Of a stretch of 64,000 bases of DNA, positions 1 through 10,278 are shown piece by piece. Position 1 is the stretch's first letter; every line of letters starts with the position of its first letter. Made by a program: the position numbers and the translations under genes. The notes under the pieces are model-generated. The model saw only the letters and a program-made list of their open reading frames with translations, made no database searches and was not told where the DNA came from. Source of the DNA: Phycisphaerae bacterium (GTDB lineage Bacteria > Planctomycetota > Phycisphaerae > UBA1845); the NCBI GenBank assembly GCA_028289375.1, contig JANQQK010000039.1:80842-144841 (forward strand), written 5' to 3'.

Positions 1-19
1 TGTCTGCCGAACCACCACG

Positions 20-1750
20 GTGGCGGCTGGGATGTTCGCAGCCGTCGTGCTCGTAGACCGATTGTATGCTTTTGATTGGCCGCTGGGGATTGTGGCCGCT
101 GGTCTTGGCGGGCTGTCGCTGATCGTGTCGGTGATCTGGGCGATCGCGACGCGGATCGATACGTACGGGGCTGCGGCTGCGTTGGACAACGCAGCCAATC
201 TGCGCGAGCGCATCAGCAGCGGGTTGTATTGCAAGGAATCGAAGGATCCGTTCGCCGGGGCTGTCGTCTCGGACGCGGAGACCATCAGTCGCAACCTGAC
301 GGTTGGCCAGCATTTACGGTATCGGTTTCCTCAGGCATTTTCGGGGATGGCGGTGACGGTGGTGCTGGCGTGCGGGTTGATGCTGTTGCCGGCGGGGATG
401 CTCGTGGGCGAAGAGACGCCGGACGGTCAGGATGTCGAGAACATCCAGCGCACCACGACGATCGTCAAGAAGCACGCTCAGCAGCTCAAGTCCGTCGCGC
501 GGACCAATCCGGAACTGGCCAAGAAGCTGGACGAGCTTGAAGCGTCGGCGAACCTGCCCGATCCAAATCTGAAGAAGCCGATGGACTTCCGGCGCAACGC
601 GATCAAGAAACTGGACGCCATTCAGGACGTTCTGAAAGAGGAGCAAAAGAGCGAGCGGTTCGAGCAGGCCAAGGAATTCAAGCGGATGATGCGTGGCCTG
701 AATCCGGACAAGTCGGACGAGAGCGAGACGTCGAAGCTGAGCAATTCGCTGGCGAAGGGTGATTTCAAGGCGGCGCTCAAGCAACTCGAGAAGCTCAAGA
801 AGCAGTTGGAGGAAAACGCCGGCGAGAAAAATCAGGAGCAGCTCAAGAACCTCGAGATGCAACTGGATAAGTTGGCCGACCAGATCAAGAAACTCTCAGA
901 GAATCAGAATCTCAAGCAGGATTTGCAAAAGGCGGGCCTGTCGAAGGAAGACGCCGAGAAGATGATGAAGAACATGACAGCCCAGGACATGCAGAAGCTC
1001 AAGGAAGCGCTTCAGAAGAAGGGGCTGAATCAGAAGGAAGTCGAGAAACAGTCGAAGCAGTTGCAGAGCAAGTGCAAGGCCTGCAATCAGGGTGGTGCGT
1101 TGTCGGATGCGTTGAAGCAGGCTGCCAAGGCAGCGGGTGCCGGCCAGGCGGGCAAGGGCGGCAAGGGCTTGGGTGACGCAGGGCAGATGTTGTCGGAAAT
1201 GGAAATGCTCGAGCAGGAGATGAACGACATCGAAGCCGGCATATCGCAACTGCAGGATAGCAAGAACCAACTGAGCGATGCCAATCAGAAGCAAGGCAAT
1301 CAGAAGTGCGGCTCGTGCAAGGGATCGGGACGCCAGGGCAACAAGCCCTGTGGATCGTGCAACGGGCGTGGCAACGGCGGCATGGGGCCGAACATGCAGA
1401 ACGGTCGTGGCGGCATCGCACCGGAGCAGGCGACGCTGACGGGTTTTCAGAAACATCGCCAGAAGGTTAAGAACCACAAAGGCTCGATCATCGGGCAGTT
1501 CCTCGTCGACGGTCCTCAGGAAAAAGGCGAGGTGTCGTCCGAGGTGAAGGAAGTCATCATTTCGGCCGAGCGTGATGCCGCGGACGCGGTCAATCGCAAG
1601 CGGATTCCGCGTAAGTATCAGGACGCAGTGCGGAAGTTCTATTCTGACTTGCAGCGCAAGGCGGGCGTCACCGATGAGGACAAGGCCGCTGCCGAGGAGT
1701 CTGAGGACGGCGGTGCGTCGGACACCGAGTCCGATGGTGGCGACGAATAA
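20..1750 (+). CDS. membrane-anchored coiled-coil protein with DnaJ-like CxxCxGxG zinc-finger pair (possibly 5' truncated by window edge)
   Basis: No in-frame stop between nt 2 and the GTG at 20, so the ORF may start upstream of the window. Hydrophobic helices at the N-terminus (AAVVLVDRLYAF..., GIVAAGLGGLSLIVSVIWAIA, GMAVTVVLACGLMLLPAG). Long K/E/Q-rich heptad-like middle region. CKAC plus tandem CGSCKGSG...CGSCNGRG at nt 1307-1372. 3-nt gap to the next gene. Confidence 0.6.
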   Translation: MAAGMFAAVVLVDRLYAFDWPLGIVAAGLGGLSLIVSVIWAIATRIDTYGAAAALDNAANLRERISSGLYCKESKDPFAGAVVSDAETISRNLTVGQHLRYRFPQAFSGMAVTVVLACGLMLLPAGMLVGEETPDGQDVENIQRTTTIVKKHAQQLKSVARTNPELAKKLDELEASANLPDPNLKKPMDFRRNAIKKLDAIQDVLKEEQKSERFEQAKEFKRMMRGLNPDKSDESETSKLSNSLAKGDFKAALKQLEKLKKQLEENAGEKNQEQLKNLEMQLDKLADQIKKLSENQNLKQDLQKAGLSKEDAEKMMKNMTAQDMQKLKEALQKKGLNQKEVEKQSKQLQSKCKACNQGGALSDALKQAAKAAGAGQAGKGGKGLGDAGQMLSEMEMLEQEMNDIEAGISQLQDSKNQLSDANQKQGNQKCGSCKGSGRQGNKPCGSCNGRGNGGMGPNMQNGRGGIAPEQATLTGFQKHRQKVKNHKGSIIGQFLVDGPQEKGEVSSEVKEVIISAERDAADAVNRKRIPRKYQDAVRKFYSDLQRKAGVTDEDKAAAEESEDGGASDTESDGGDE

Positions 1751-1753
1751 GGC

Positions 1754-2776
1754 ATGCCGCTGACACGCCGCCGTTTGCGATTCTCCATTTCGTTTCATGC
1801 GTGTGCGAGTGTGTGCTGGTTGGTGGTCGGCTGCGCCGAGAGCGCCGACCAGCCGGTCGTCTATTGCAGCGTCGATGAGACATTTGGCTTGCAGGTGATG
1901 GCGGCGTTCGAGGATGCGACGGGGATCACGCCGCGCGTCGTGTACGACTCCGAAGCGGGCAAGACGACGGGGCTGATCAACCGCATCCGTGCCGAGGGGG
2001 ATCGACCTCGGGCCGACGTTCTGTTCTCCAGCGAAATCTTCAACACGATCCGGTTGGCCGACGAGGGATTTCTTGCGTCGTACAAGCCAGCCAGCGTCGC
2101 GGATGTACCGGCGGGTTTTCGCGATAAGCAAAATCGTTGGACGGCGATCGGGTTGCGGGCACGGGTGCTGGCGTTCGATCCGTCACGGGTGAAACGTGAG
2201 GAGCTTCCCCAAACGTGGGAAGCGCTTTCGCAGAAGAAGTGGGCGTCGCGACTTGCGATGGCAAATCCGTTGTTCGGCACGACGCGGGGACACGTCGCAG
2301 CCATGTTCGCGATGTGGGGGGATGAGCGGGCGACAACATATCTGAAGGCATTGAAATCAAACGGTGTGCAGATCGTCGATGGCAATTCGGCGGCTGTCCG
2401 TGCGGTGATCGATGGCCGGGCCGATTGGTGCATGACGGACACGGATGATGTGTGGGTCGCGCAGCGTGATGGTGCCAACATCGAGCTGATCTACCCCGAC
2501 ATGGGTCATGGCGACACGTTGTGGATTCCGACGACGGTGGCGTTGATCGCGAACAGCCGACGTGAGGAGGCGGGACAGAAGCTGGTGGATTTTCTGGCGT
2601 CTGGGGCGGTGGAGAAGCTGCTGGCGGAGTCGACCTCGCGGAACGTGCCGGTGCGGCCGGAGCTGCGCAGGCAGTTGAAGATGGACATTTCGATCAGTGA
2701 TCGCATGTCGTATGACGACATTGCGGACAAACTTGAATTGAGCGCTGCGACGGCCCGCGATATCCTGCTGAAGTGA
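1754..2776 (+). CDS. ABC transporter periplasmic solute-binding lipoprotein, Fe3+/family-1 type (AfuA/FbpA-like)
   Basis: Lipobox WLVVGCAE. VVYCSVDETF...AFEDATGITPRVVYDSEAGKTTGLINRIRAEG...ADVLFSSE is typical of iron(III)-type binding proteins. Its stop overlaps the permease start. Confidence 0.75.
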   Translation: MPLTRRRLRFSISFHACASVCWLVVGCAESADQPVVYCSVDETFGLQVMAAFEDATGITPRVVYDSEAGKTTGLINRIRAEGDRPRADVLFSSEIFNTIRLADEGFLASYKPASVADVPAGFRDKQNRWTAIGLRARVLAFDPSRVKREELPQTWEALSQKKWASRLAMANPLFGTTRGHVAAMFAMWGDERATTYLKALKSNGVQIVDGNSAAVRAVIDGRADWCMTDTDDVWVAQRDGANIELIYPDMGHGDTLWIPTTVALIANSRREEAGQKLVDFLASGAVEKLLAESTSRNVPVRPELRRQLKMDISISDRMSYDDIADKLELSAATARDILLK

Positions 2777-4272
2777 TGGGTCGATGGTTGTGGCAGGTGG
2801 TGCGGGCGGTTGGTGTGGCCGCGCTGGTGGCGACGCTGGTGGTGCCGGTCGCGGCACTTTTGGTGCGAGCGCTGCGGTGTGACGCGGGGACACTTCTGTC
2901 CGTATTCAGTGAACGGTATTGGATGCTGTTGGCCAAGACGGTCGGGCTTGCGTCGGGGGCGGCGGTGCTGGCGATGGTGCTGGGATTGCCAGCGGCATTC
3001 GTCGTCGGTGGGCGACGGTCGACGCTGGTGACGGGGTTGGTCGTGCTGCCGCTGATGATGCCGGCGATGGTGATGGTGTTCGGTTGGCAGCGATTCTGGG
3101 GACCGTACACGCCGGGGCTTGAGGGGTGGGCGCCGTGGTTGCGGGCGATGTGGTGCTGGGCATGCTGGTATTGGCCTGTGGTGGCGTTGATGGTTGGGGC
3201 AGGTTGGGCGCGCGGGGGGCGGGCGGCGTATGAAGCGGCGGTGCTGGAAACAACGGGCTGGGTCGCGTTTCGGCGGGCGGCGTTGCCGGGAGTGGCGCGA
3301 CATGCGGGGATGGCGGCGCTGGTGCTGATGGCGGTGATGGTCGGGGAATACACCGTGCCGCATGCGAACGGGGTGATCGTGCTGTCGGCGGAGTTGATGG
3401 CGATTGCCGAGGGCGAGCCGTTCGACGCTGCGGGTGGGAAGATCGCGGTTGGATGCGTGGTGCCGCTTGTTATGGTCGCGGCGATCGGGTGGGTGGTGAC
3501 GCGGTTGTGGGGACGGGATACGACGCGGCGTGATGATGTCGGCGCGTTGCAGGTTGGGCGCTGGCGAGCGACGATCGTGGTGGCGATTGTCGCGGTGACG
3601 GTCGGGGTGCCGACGGGGTTGCTGATGCTGAATCGCGATGTGCCGTCCTGGTTTCGCGAATTGATTGTCACGTATGGGTCTGAACTGGCGGGGACGTTTG
3701 GCGTGGCGGCGGCGACAGCGGTGGTGGTCATGTGCATCGGTGTCGCAGCCGTCAGTGTGCGTGGCACGCTCGCGATCCTGCTGGCGACGCTGGCGATGGG
3801 TGTATTGCCGGGCGCGTTGATCGGCGAGTCGATGCTGGCTGCATACCAGCGGATCGATGTCGTGTACAACCATTGGCCGATTCTGGTGCTGGGGCTGGTC
3901 GGGCGGTACGCGTGGGTCGGATGTCTGCTGTGCTGGCTGGCGATGCGGGCGACGGCGCGGGATCAGGTCGAGTCGGTGCGCCTTGAGGGGGCGACGTCGC
4001 GGGGGGAGGTCGTGCGGTCGCTGCTGGTCCATCAGTGGCCAACATTGGCGGGCGGTGCGTTTCTGGTGCTGGCGTTTGCATTGGCGGATGTCGACGTCGT
4101 GGCCATTGTGGCAGTACCGTCGCCGCGGATGATGGCTACAATTCTTGTTGAGAAGTTCCACCGGTTTGAAACGGGGATGATGGTGTCGATTGGGTTGACC
4201 ATGGTGTTGGCCATCGTGCCCGCGGTGGCGTTGTTGTCGATGGCGATGCGATACGGGAGGCGTCGTGCGTAG
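2773..4272 (+). CDS. ABC transporter permease, duplicated two-domain type (FbpB/AfuB-like)
   Basis: 499-aa polytopic hydrophobic protein. Two EAA-loop-like segments (YEAAVLETTGWVAFRRAALPG and ESVRLEGATSRGEVVRSLLVHQWP). Start (GTG 2773 or ATG 2776) overlaps the stop of the binding-protein gene. Confidence 0.7.
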   Translation: MMGRWLWQVVRAVGVAALVATLVVPVAALLVRALRCDAGTLLSVFSERYWMLLAKTVGLASGAAVLAMVLGLPAAFVVGGRRSTLVTGLVVLPLMMPAMVMVFGWQRFWGPYTPGLEGWAPWLRAMWCWACWYWPVVALMVGAGWARGGRAAYEAAVLETTGWVAFRRAALPGVARHAGMAALVLMAVMVGEYTVPHANGVIVLSAELMAIAEGEPFDAAGGKIAVGCVVPLVMVAAIGWVVTRLWGRDTTRRDDVGALQVGRWRATIVVAIVAVTVGVPTGLLMLNRDVPSWFRELIVTYGSELAGTFGVAAATAVVVMCIGVAAVSVRGTLAILLATLAMGVLPGALIGESMLAAYQRIDVVYNHWPILVLGLVGRYAWVGCLLCWLAMRATARDQVESVRLEGATSRGEVVRSLLVHQWPTLAGGAFLVLAFALADVDVVAIVAVPSPRMMATILVEKFHRFETGMMVSIGLTMVLAIVPAVALLSMAMRYGRRRA

Positions 4273-5167
4273 GGTTTGTGTCATACTGCTGCTGGGTTGT
4301 GTGTGTGGATGCGATCCGCCGCCGCTGACCGAGAACGGTGTCGTGAAGGTCTTTGGAACGGTCGGCATGGGAGAGGGTTCGTTCAGCTATCCGCGCGGAA
4401 TTGCACGCGCGGCGGATGGGTGTCTGTTCATTGTTGACAAGACGGCACGCGTGCAGCGTTTCAGCGCCGAGGGGGAATTCGAAACGCAATGGAACATGCC
4501 GGCCAAGAAATCGGGCAAACCGGTCGGGCTGACGGTGCATCCGGATGGCCGGGTGTTCGTGGCCGACACGCACTACCACCGCGTGATGGTGTATGACCGC
4601 GACGGCGGGGAGATCGCGCGGTTCGGTTCGGAGGGTGATGGGGACGGCCAATTTCGGCTGCCGACGGACGTGGCATTCGACGATGCCGGTTTCATTTACG
4701 TGGCTGAGTACAATGGCAACGACCGGGTCACAAAATGGAACGCGGATTACACGTTTCATTCGAGCCTGATCGACGGGCCGATCGACGGCGTGCCGATGGT
4801 GCGCCCGGCTGCTTTGCTGGTCGACGATGAGCGAACGCTGTGGGTGGCCGACGCTTGCAATCACCGGATACTGCGGTTCACGTTGGAGGGCGAACTGCTG
4901 AGTCAGTTCGGATCGATCGGGACCGAACCGGGTCAACTGCGCTATCCGTATGATATGGATATGAAAGACGGTATTCTGCTCATTTGTGAATATGGCAACA
5001 GCCGGCTTCAATGGTTTGACAAGGCCGGGAATTCGCTGGGCGTGTGGGGCAATGCAGGCCGCAGCATCGGCGAGCTTTACTCGCCATGGGGGGCGGCGTA
5101 TGGTTTGGATGGCATGATTTACGCGTTGGATTCGCAGAACAACCGCGTTCAAATGATCAAACGGTGA
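4265..5167 (+). CDS. NHL-repeat beta-propeller lipoprotein
   Basis: Lipobox LLLGCVCGC. Repeated NHL-type units (GSFSYPRGIARAADGCLFIVD, GQFRLPTDVAFDDAGFIYVAEYNGNDRV, GQLRYPYDMDMKDGILLICEYGNSRL, GELYSPWGAAYGLDGMIYALDSQNNRV). GTG start overlaps the permease stop by 8 nt. Confidence 0.7.
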   Translation: MRRVCVILLLGCVCGCDPPPLTENGVVKVFGTVGMGEGSFSYPRGIARAADGCLFIVDKTARVQRFSAEGEFETQWNMPAKKSGKPVGLTVHPDGRVFVADTHYHRVMVYDRDGGEIARFGSEGDGDGQFRLPTDVAFDDAGFIYVAEYNGNDRVTKWNADYTFHSSLIDGPIDGVPMVRPAALLVDDERTLWVADACNHRILRFTLEGELLSQFGSIGTEPGQLRYPYDMDMKDGILLICEYGNSRLQWFDKAGNSLGVWGNAGRSIGELYSPWGAAYGLDGMIYALDSQNNRVQMIKR

Positions 5168-8100
5168 CGACGTTGCTCGATCAGCTTCCATTCAGTTTTG
5201 AGAAACCGGAGTGGTTGTGGTTGGCGCTGCTGGTGCCCGTGCTGGTGGTAGCGTCCTACCGTGCGCTGGCTGGACTTGGTCCGGTGCGTCGGACGGCGTC
5301 CCTGCTGATCCGCTCGCTGGTGATTCTGGCGATCGTGGCGACGCTGGCGGAGATTCAGCAGGTCAAGCGGAATGAAGATCTGACGGTGATCTTCCTGATG
5401 GATCGCTCGCAGAGTGTGCGTGAGCAGGAGACGCGGCAGGAAAGCTACATGGAGGCGGCGTGCAAGGACATTCCGCCGAACGATCGCGTGGGCGTCATCG
5501 ATTTCGCCCGTCATGCTCACCTCGAACAGCTGCCCATGAAGGGCGGGTATTTTCTCGAACGCGGGCGACTGCCGGAAATGCCCAACCCGGATCGGACCGA
5601 CGTCGCGGGGGCAGTGCGCCTGGCGATGGCGATGTTTCCGCACGACACTGCCAAACGCGTCGTGCTCATGTCCGACGGCAATGACAACATGGGCGACCTG
5701 CTCGGTGAGGCGCAGCGTGCTGCCGGTGACGGCGTGACGATCGATGTTGTGCCCCTGTGGTACGAGCTGCATCGCGAGGTGTTCTTCGAGAAGATGGTCG
5801 CCCCTGCGTCAGCCGAGGTCGGCGAAATCGTGCCAATCCGCATGAATGTGCAGAGCAACACGGTGACAACCGGGCGGATCGAGATCTTCCACAACGGCAG
5901 CAAGCTCGACCTGCCCGATGAAATGGCGCGACGGCGACTCGAAGTCGGCAACAACTCGTTCGTGCTGAAACTACCCATCGAAGAGCCAGGCGTGCAGAAG
6001 TTCGAAGCCCGCTTCGTGCCGGACAACGACAATGCCGACGCAATCGTCGAGAACAACCGTGCGTCGGGGTTCACGTTCGTTTCGGGCAAGGGGAAGGTGG
6101 CCCTTCTGACGATGGACCCGTCGGCGGATCGGATTCTTGTTGATGCGCTGACCGATGAGAACATTCAGGTGCGGATGATCGATCTGGGACTGGAAGTGCC
6201 GGACCTTGCCGGTCTTCTCGATTACTCCGCCATCGTCCTGTCCAACGTGCCGGCCAACGTATTCACCGAGCAGCAGCAGGAATCGTTGCGAGACTACGTG
6301 GAGACGACGGGCGGCGGGCTGATCACCACGGGTGGCGACGAAGCCTACGGGGCTGGCGGCTGGATCGGTACGCCACTGGCGGACGTGCTGCCGGTCGAAT
6401 TGGAACTCAAGCACAAGAAGATCATCCCGCGCGGGGCGCTCGTGCTGGTGATGCACAGTTGCGAATTGCCGCGTGGCAACTACTGGGGCAAGCTCGTCGC
6501 CAAAAAGAGCGTCGATACGATCAGTTCACGCGATTACATCGGTGCGTTGGCGTATGCCGGCGGCGCATCGTGGGAGGTACCGCTGCAGTTCGCGACGAAC
6601 AAGCAGGGCATCAAGAACAAGATCGACCGCATGGTCATCGGTGACATGCCCGATTTCGATCCGACGCTGCGATTGGCAGTGAAGGGCTTGACCCAAACCG
6701 ACGCCGTCCAGCGGCACATCATTCTGATCAGCGATGGCGACGCAGCCGCCCCCAGCGGCAAGGTCATGCAGGATCTGATCGATTCAAACATCACCTGCAG
6801 CACGATCGCCATTGGTTACGGCTATCACGTGCAGGAATTCACGCTGCGCGACATCGCCAACAAGACAGGCGGGCGTTTTTATCCGGTGCGCAATCCGCGT
6901 GCGTTGCCGCAAATTTTTGTGAAGGAGTCGAAGGTCGTCCGGCGACCACTGATCGTCGACGAGCCGTTCACACCGCAGGTGTCGTTCGCCCAGAGCGAGA
7001 TCATCGCCGGGATTGCCGACGAAGGCGGCGTTCCACCATTGGGCGGACTGGTGCTCACCACGCCGAAGGACCTCGCCCTGGTGTCGCTGGTGCGATCGAC
7101 CGAGGACGGAACCGATCCGGTGCTCGTCCATTGGCAGCGCGGGTTGGGGCGTGTCGTGTCGTTTACGAGCGGATACTGGCCCCAGTGGGGGACGGATTGG
7201 ACTGCGTGGCCGAAGTATTCCAAGCTATGGGCACAGATCGTGCGCTGGACGATGCGTCAGGAAGCGCCGGCCAACTTCGACGTGATCACGCGGACCGAGG
7301 GCAATCAGGGTCGCATCATCATCGAAGCCCTCGACAAGGACGCCGACTACCTCAACTTTCTGAACATGCAGGCCAAGGTGATCGACCCGAAGCTCGGCCC
7401 GCGCGATCTGCGGTTCACGCAAACCGGAGCCGGTCGCTACGAAGCGGTCTTCGATACCGAACACACCGGCCAATACATCGCGAGCATCGGCATCATTCAG
7501 GAAGGCGACTACCTCGGCTCGATTCATACCGGCATCTCGATGCCCTTCTCGCCCGAGCTTCGCGAGATGTCGACCAACGAAGCCCTGCTTCGCGAGGTGG
7601 TGACCACGACCGGGGGTCGCTGGCTGGACAGCGGTGCGGAGACCGATGATGTCTTTTCCCACGACCTGCCGCCAACGGTATCCAAGCAGCCTGTGTGGGA
7701 CTGGACATTGGCGTGGATCCTGTTGCCGCTGTTTCTGCTCGATGTTTCCGTCCGACGGCTGGCGAGCTGGCTGGCGTTGTCGATCGTGGTCGAACTGCTG
7801 ATCATCGTCGTGCTGCTCTTCGGCGCCGGGGTGATCTACACGAACTGGTTCGGCGTGCTGGGCGTGTTCATCTTCGCCGAGTTGGTTGGCTGGTCCATTC
7901 GCTATCAATACATCCGCCCCCTGTTCGACTGGATGACGCACTCGGTCACGGCGCTCGGACAGGCCGGCGAACGCAGCACGCAGACGCTGGGTCAACTGAA
8001 AGACGTCCGCGAGCGCGGCAAGGCCGACGAATCGCAACAGCAGGCAGCCCAACGACCGGTCGAGTCGACGACGCCGAAAACCGCGCGCTTCGACGCCGGC

Positions 8101-8304
8101 GATCCGACGCCGGGATCGTCGGTTGGCAACCTGACCGAAGCCATGGGCGGCGCGAAGGCAACGGATTCCGGAGAGAAACCGAAACAAAAATCCGGCGAAC
8201 AGCGTGAACCGGGCGAAACCGAGGAAGCCCACACGTCGCGGTTGCTGCGCGCCAAGCGTCGCGCCCGTGGCAAAATCGACGACGACAAAGACAAGCAAGG
8301 GTAA
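5164..8304 (+). CDS. BatA-N-terminal-domain / double VWA-domain membrane protein (1046 aa)
   Basis: GTG at 5164 overlaps the NHL gene stop (GTGA). BatA-like N-terminus LPFSFEKPEWLWLALLVPVLVVASYRAL. VWA 1 has the MIDAS motif DRSQS and VVLMSDGNDN. A second VWA-like module carries HIILISDGDAA...GGRFYPV. C-terminal TM helices are followed by a K/E/Q-rich tail. The upstream part of the 5044 ORF lies inside the NHL gene and is discounted. Confidence 0.75.
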   Translation: MTTLLDQLPFSFEKPEWLWLALLVPVLVVASYRALAGLGPVRRTASLLIRSLVILAIVATLAEIQQVKRNEDLTVIFLMDRSQSVREQETRQESYMEAACKDIPPNDRVGVIDFARHAHLEQLPMKGGYFLERGRLPEMPNPDRTDVAGAVRLAMAMFPHDTAKRVVLMSDGNDNMGDLLGEAQRAAGDGVTIDVVPLWYELHREVFFEKMVAPASAEVGEIVPIRMNVQSNTVTTGRIEIFHNGSKLDLPDEMARRRLEVGNNSFVLKLPIEEPGVQKFEARFVPDNDNADAIVENNRASGFTFVSGKGKVALLTMDPSADRILVDALTDENIQVRMIDLGLEVPDLAGLLDYSAIVLSNVPANVFTEQQQESLRDYVETTGGGLITTGGDEAYGAGGWIGTPLADVLPVELELKHKKIIPRGALVLVMHSCELPRGNYWGKLVAKKSVDTISSRDYIGALAYAGGASWEVPLQFATNKQGIKNKIDRMVIGDMPDFDPTLRLAVKGLTQTDAVQRHIILISDGDAAAPSGKVMQDLIDSNITCSTIAIGYGYHVQEFTLRDIANKTGGRFYPVRNPRALPQIFVKESKVVRRPLIVDEPFTPQVSFAQSEIIAGIADEGGVPPLGGLVLTTPKDLALVSLVRSTEDGTDPVLVHWQRGLGRVVSFTSGYWPQWGTDWTAWPKYSKLWAQIVRWTMRQEAPANFDVITRTEGNQGRIIIEALDKDADYLNFLNMQAKVIDPKLGPRDLRFTQTGAGRYEAVFDTEHTGQYIASIGIIQEGDYLGSIHTGISMPFSPELREMSTNEALLREVVTTTGGRWLDSGAETDDVFSHDLPPTVSKQPVWDWTLAWILLPLFLLDVSVRRLASWLALSIVVELLIIVVLLFGAGVIYTNWFGVLGVFIFAELVGWSIRYQYIRPLFDWMTHSVTALGQAGERSTQTLGQLKDVRERGKADESQQQAAQRPVESTTPKTARFDAGDPTPGSSVGNLTEAMGGAKATDSGEKPKQKSGEQREPGETEEAHTSRLLRAKRRARGKIDDDKDKQG

Positions 8305-8363
8305 GAAACCGCAATCGACGATCGCCACCGATTTCAGGACTGCGATCAAACGGAGCAACCAAC

Positions 8364-9383
<1,020 letters not shown>

Positions 9384-10277
9384 ATGGCCTCCACCAGCGA
9401 CACAACCCTGCTCGATCCGGAGTTCATGACCAAGCTCAACCGCCTTGAGCTGATCAGCCGGAAGATCTTCGCGGGGAAGGTGCGCGGCGAGCGACGATCC
9501 AAGCGTCGCGGCGAATCGGTCGAGTTCGCCGACTTCCGCAACTACACCGTCGGCGATGACCTGCGCTTTCTCGACTGGAACATCTACGCCCGTCTCGATC
9601 GCCTGTTTCTCAAGCTGTTCCTCGAGGAGGAAGACTTGCTCGTCAGCGTGATCTTCGACACATCCAGCAGCATGGACTTCGGCGATCCGCACAAAGGCCA
9701 CTACGCCCGGCAACTCGCCACCGCCATGGCCTACATCGGCATGGTCAATCAGGATCGGGTCAGTCTCTATCCATACGCCGACGGCATCGTCGACGAAATG
9801 AAGGGCGTCCGCGGCAAGCGCATGACACCGCGGATGATCGATTTCGTTTCCCGTTGCGACTATCGCCCTGCCAGCGATCTGACCGCTGCCTGCAGACAAT
9901 ACGCCATTCGTCATCCGCAGCGCGGCATCGTCATCGTCATCAGCGACTTCCTGGACAAGGGCGGATTCGAGGCAGGCCTGAAGTTTCTGCTCGGTCGCGA
10001 TCTCGACATCTACGTCATCCATGTGCTCGCACCGCAGGAAACCGAACCGCCCGTCACCGGCGATTTGCAACTGTTCGACATCGAGGACGAGGACATCGCC
10101 GAAGTGACCGTCAGCCGCGCACTGATCAACCGCTACAAACACAATCTGGAGGCCTACTGCAGCCACGTCCGCGACTATTGCGCCCGTCGCGGTATCGCGT
10201 ACCTGTTCACCACGACCGACGTGCCGTTCGATCAACTGATCCTCAACTACCTCCGCCGCCGAGGGCTTGTGCGCTGA
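9384..10277 (+). CDS. DUF58 domain protein (MoxR partner)
   Basis: RGESVEFADFRNYTVGDDLRFLDWN signature of DUF58. Starts directly after the MoxR stop codon. Confidence 0.8.
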   Translation: MASTSDTTLLDPEFMTKLNRLELISRKIFAGKVRGERRSKRRGESVEFADFRNYTVGDDLRFLDWNIYARLDRLFLKLFLEEEDLLVSVIFDTSSSMDFGDPHKGHYARQLATAMAYIGMVNQDRVSLYPYADGIVDEMKGVRGKRMTPRMIDFVSRCDYRPASDLTAACRQYAIRHPQRGIVIVISDFLDKGGFEAGLKFLLGRDLDIYVIHVLAPQETEPPVTGDLQLFDIEDEDIAEVTVSRALINRYKHNLEAYCSHVRDYCARRGIAYLFTTTDVPFDQLILNYLRRRGLVR

Positions 10278-10278
10278 C

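Noticed and set aside
2506-4368. 620-aa and 391-aa ORFs on the - strand opposite the ABC permease
   Set aside because: His/Arg/Pro/Gln-rich low-complexity translations (long HHRH/RRR runs). They are an antisense artefact of a GC-rich membrane-protein gene that has clear EAA loops on the + strand.
5044-5163. N-terminal extension of the BatA/VWA ORF (ATG at 5044)
   Set aside because: It lies entirely within the NHL gene in another frame. The GTG at 5164 overlaps the NHL stop (GTGA) and immediately precedes the conserved BatA N-terminal motif.
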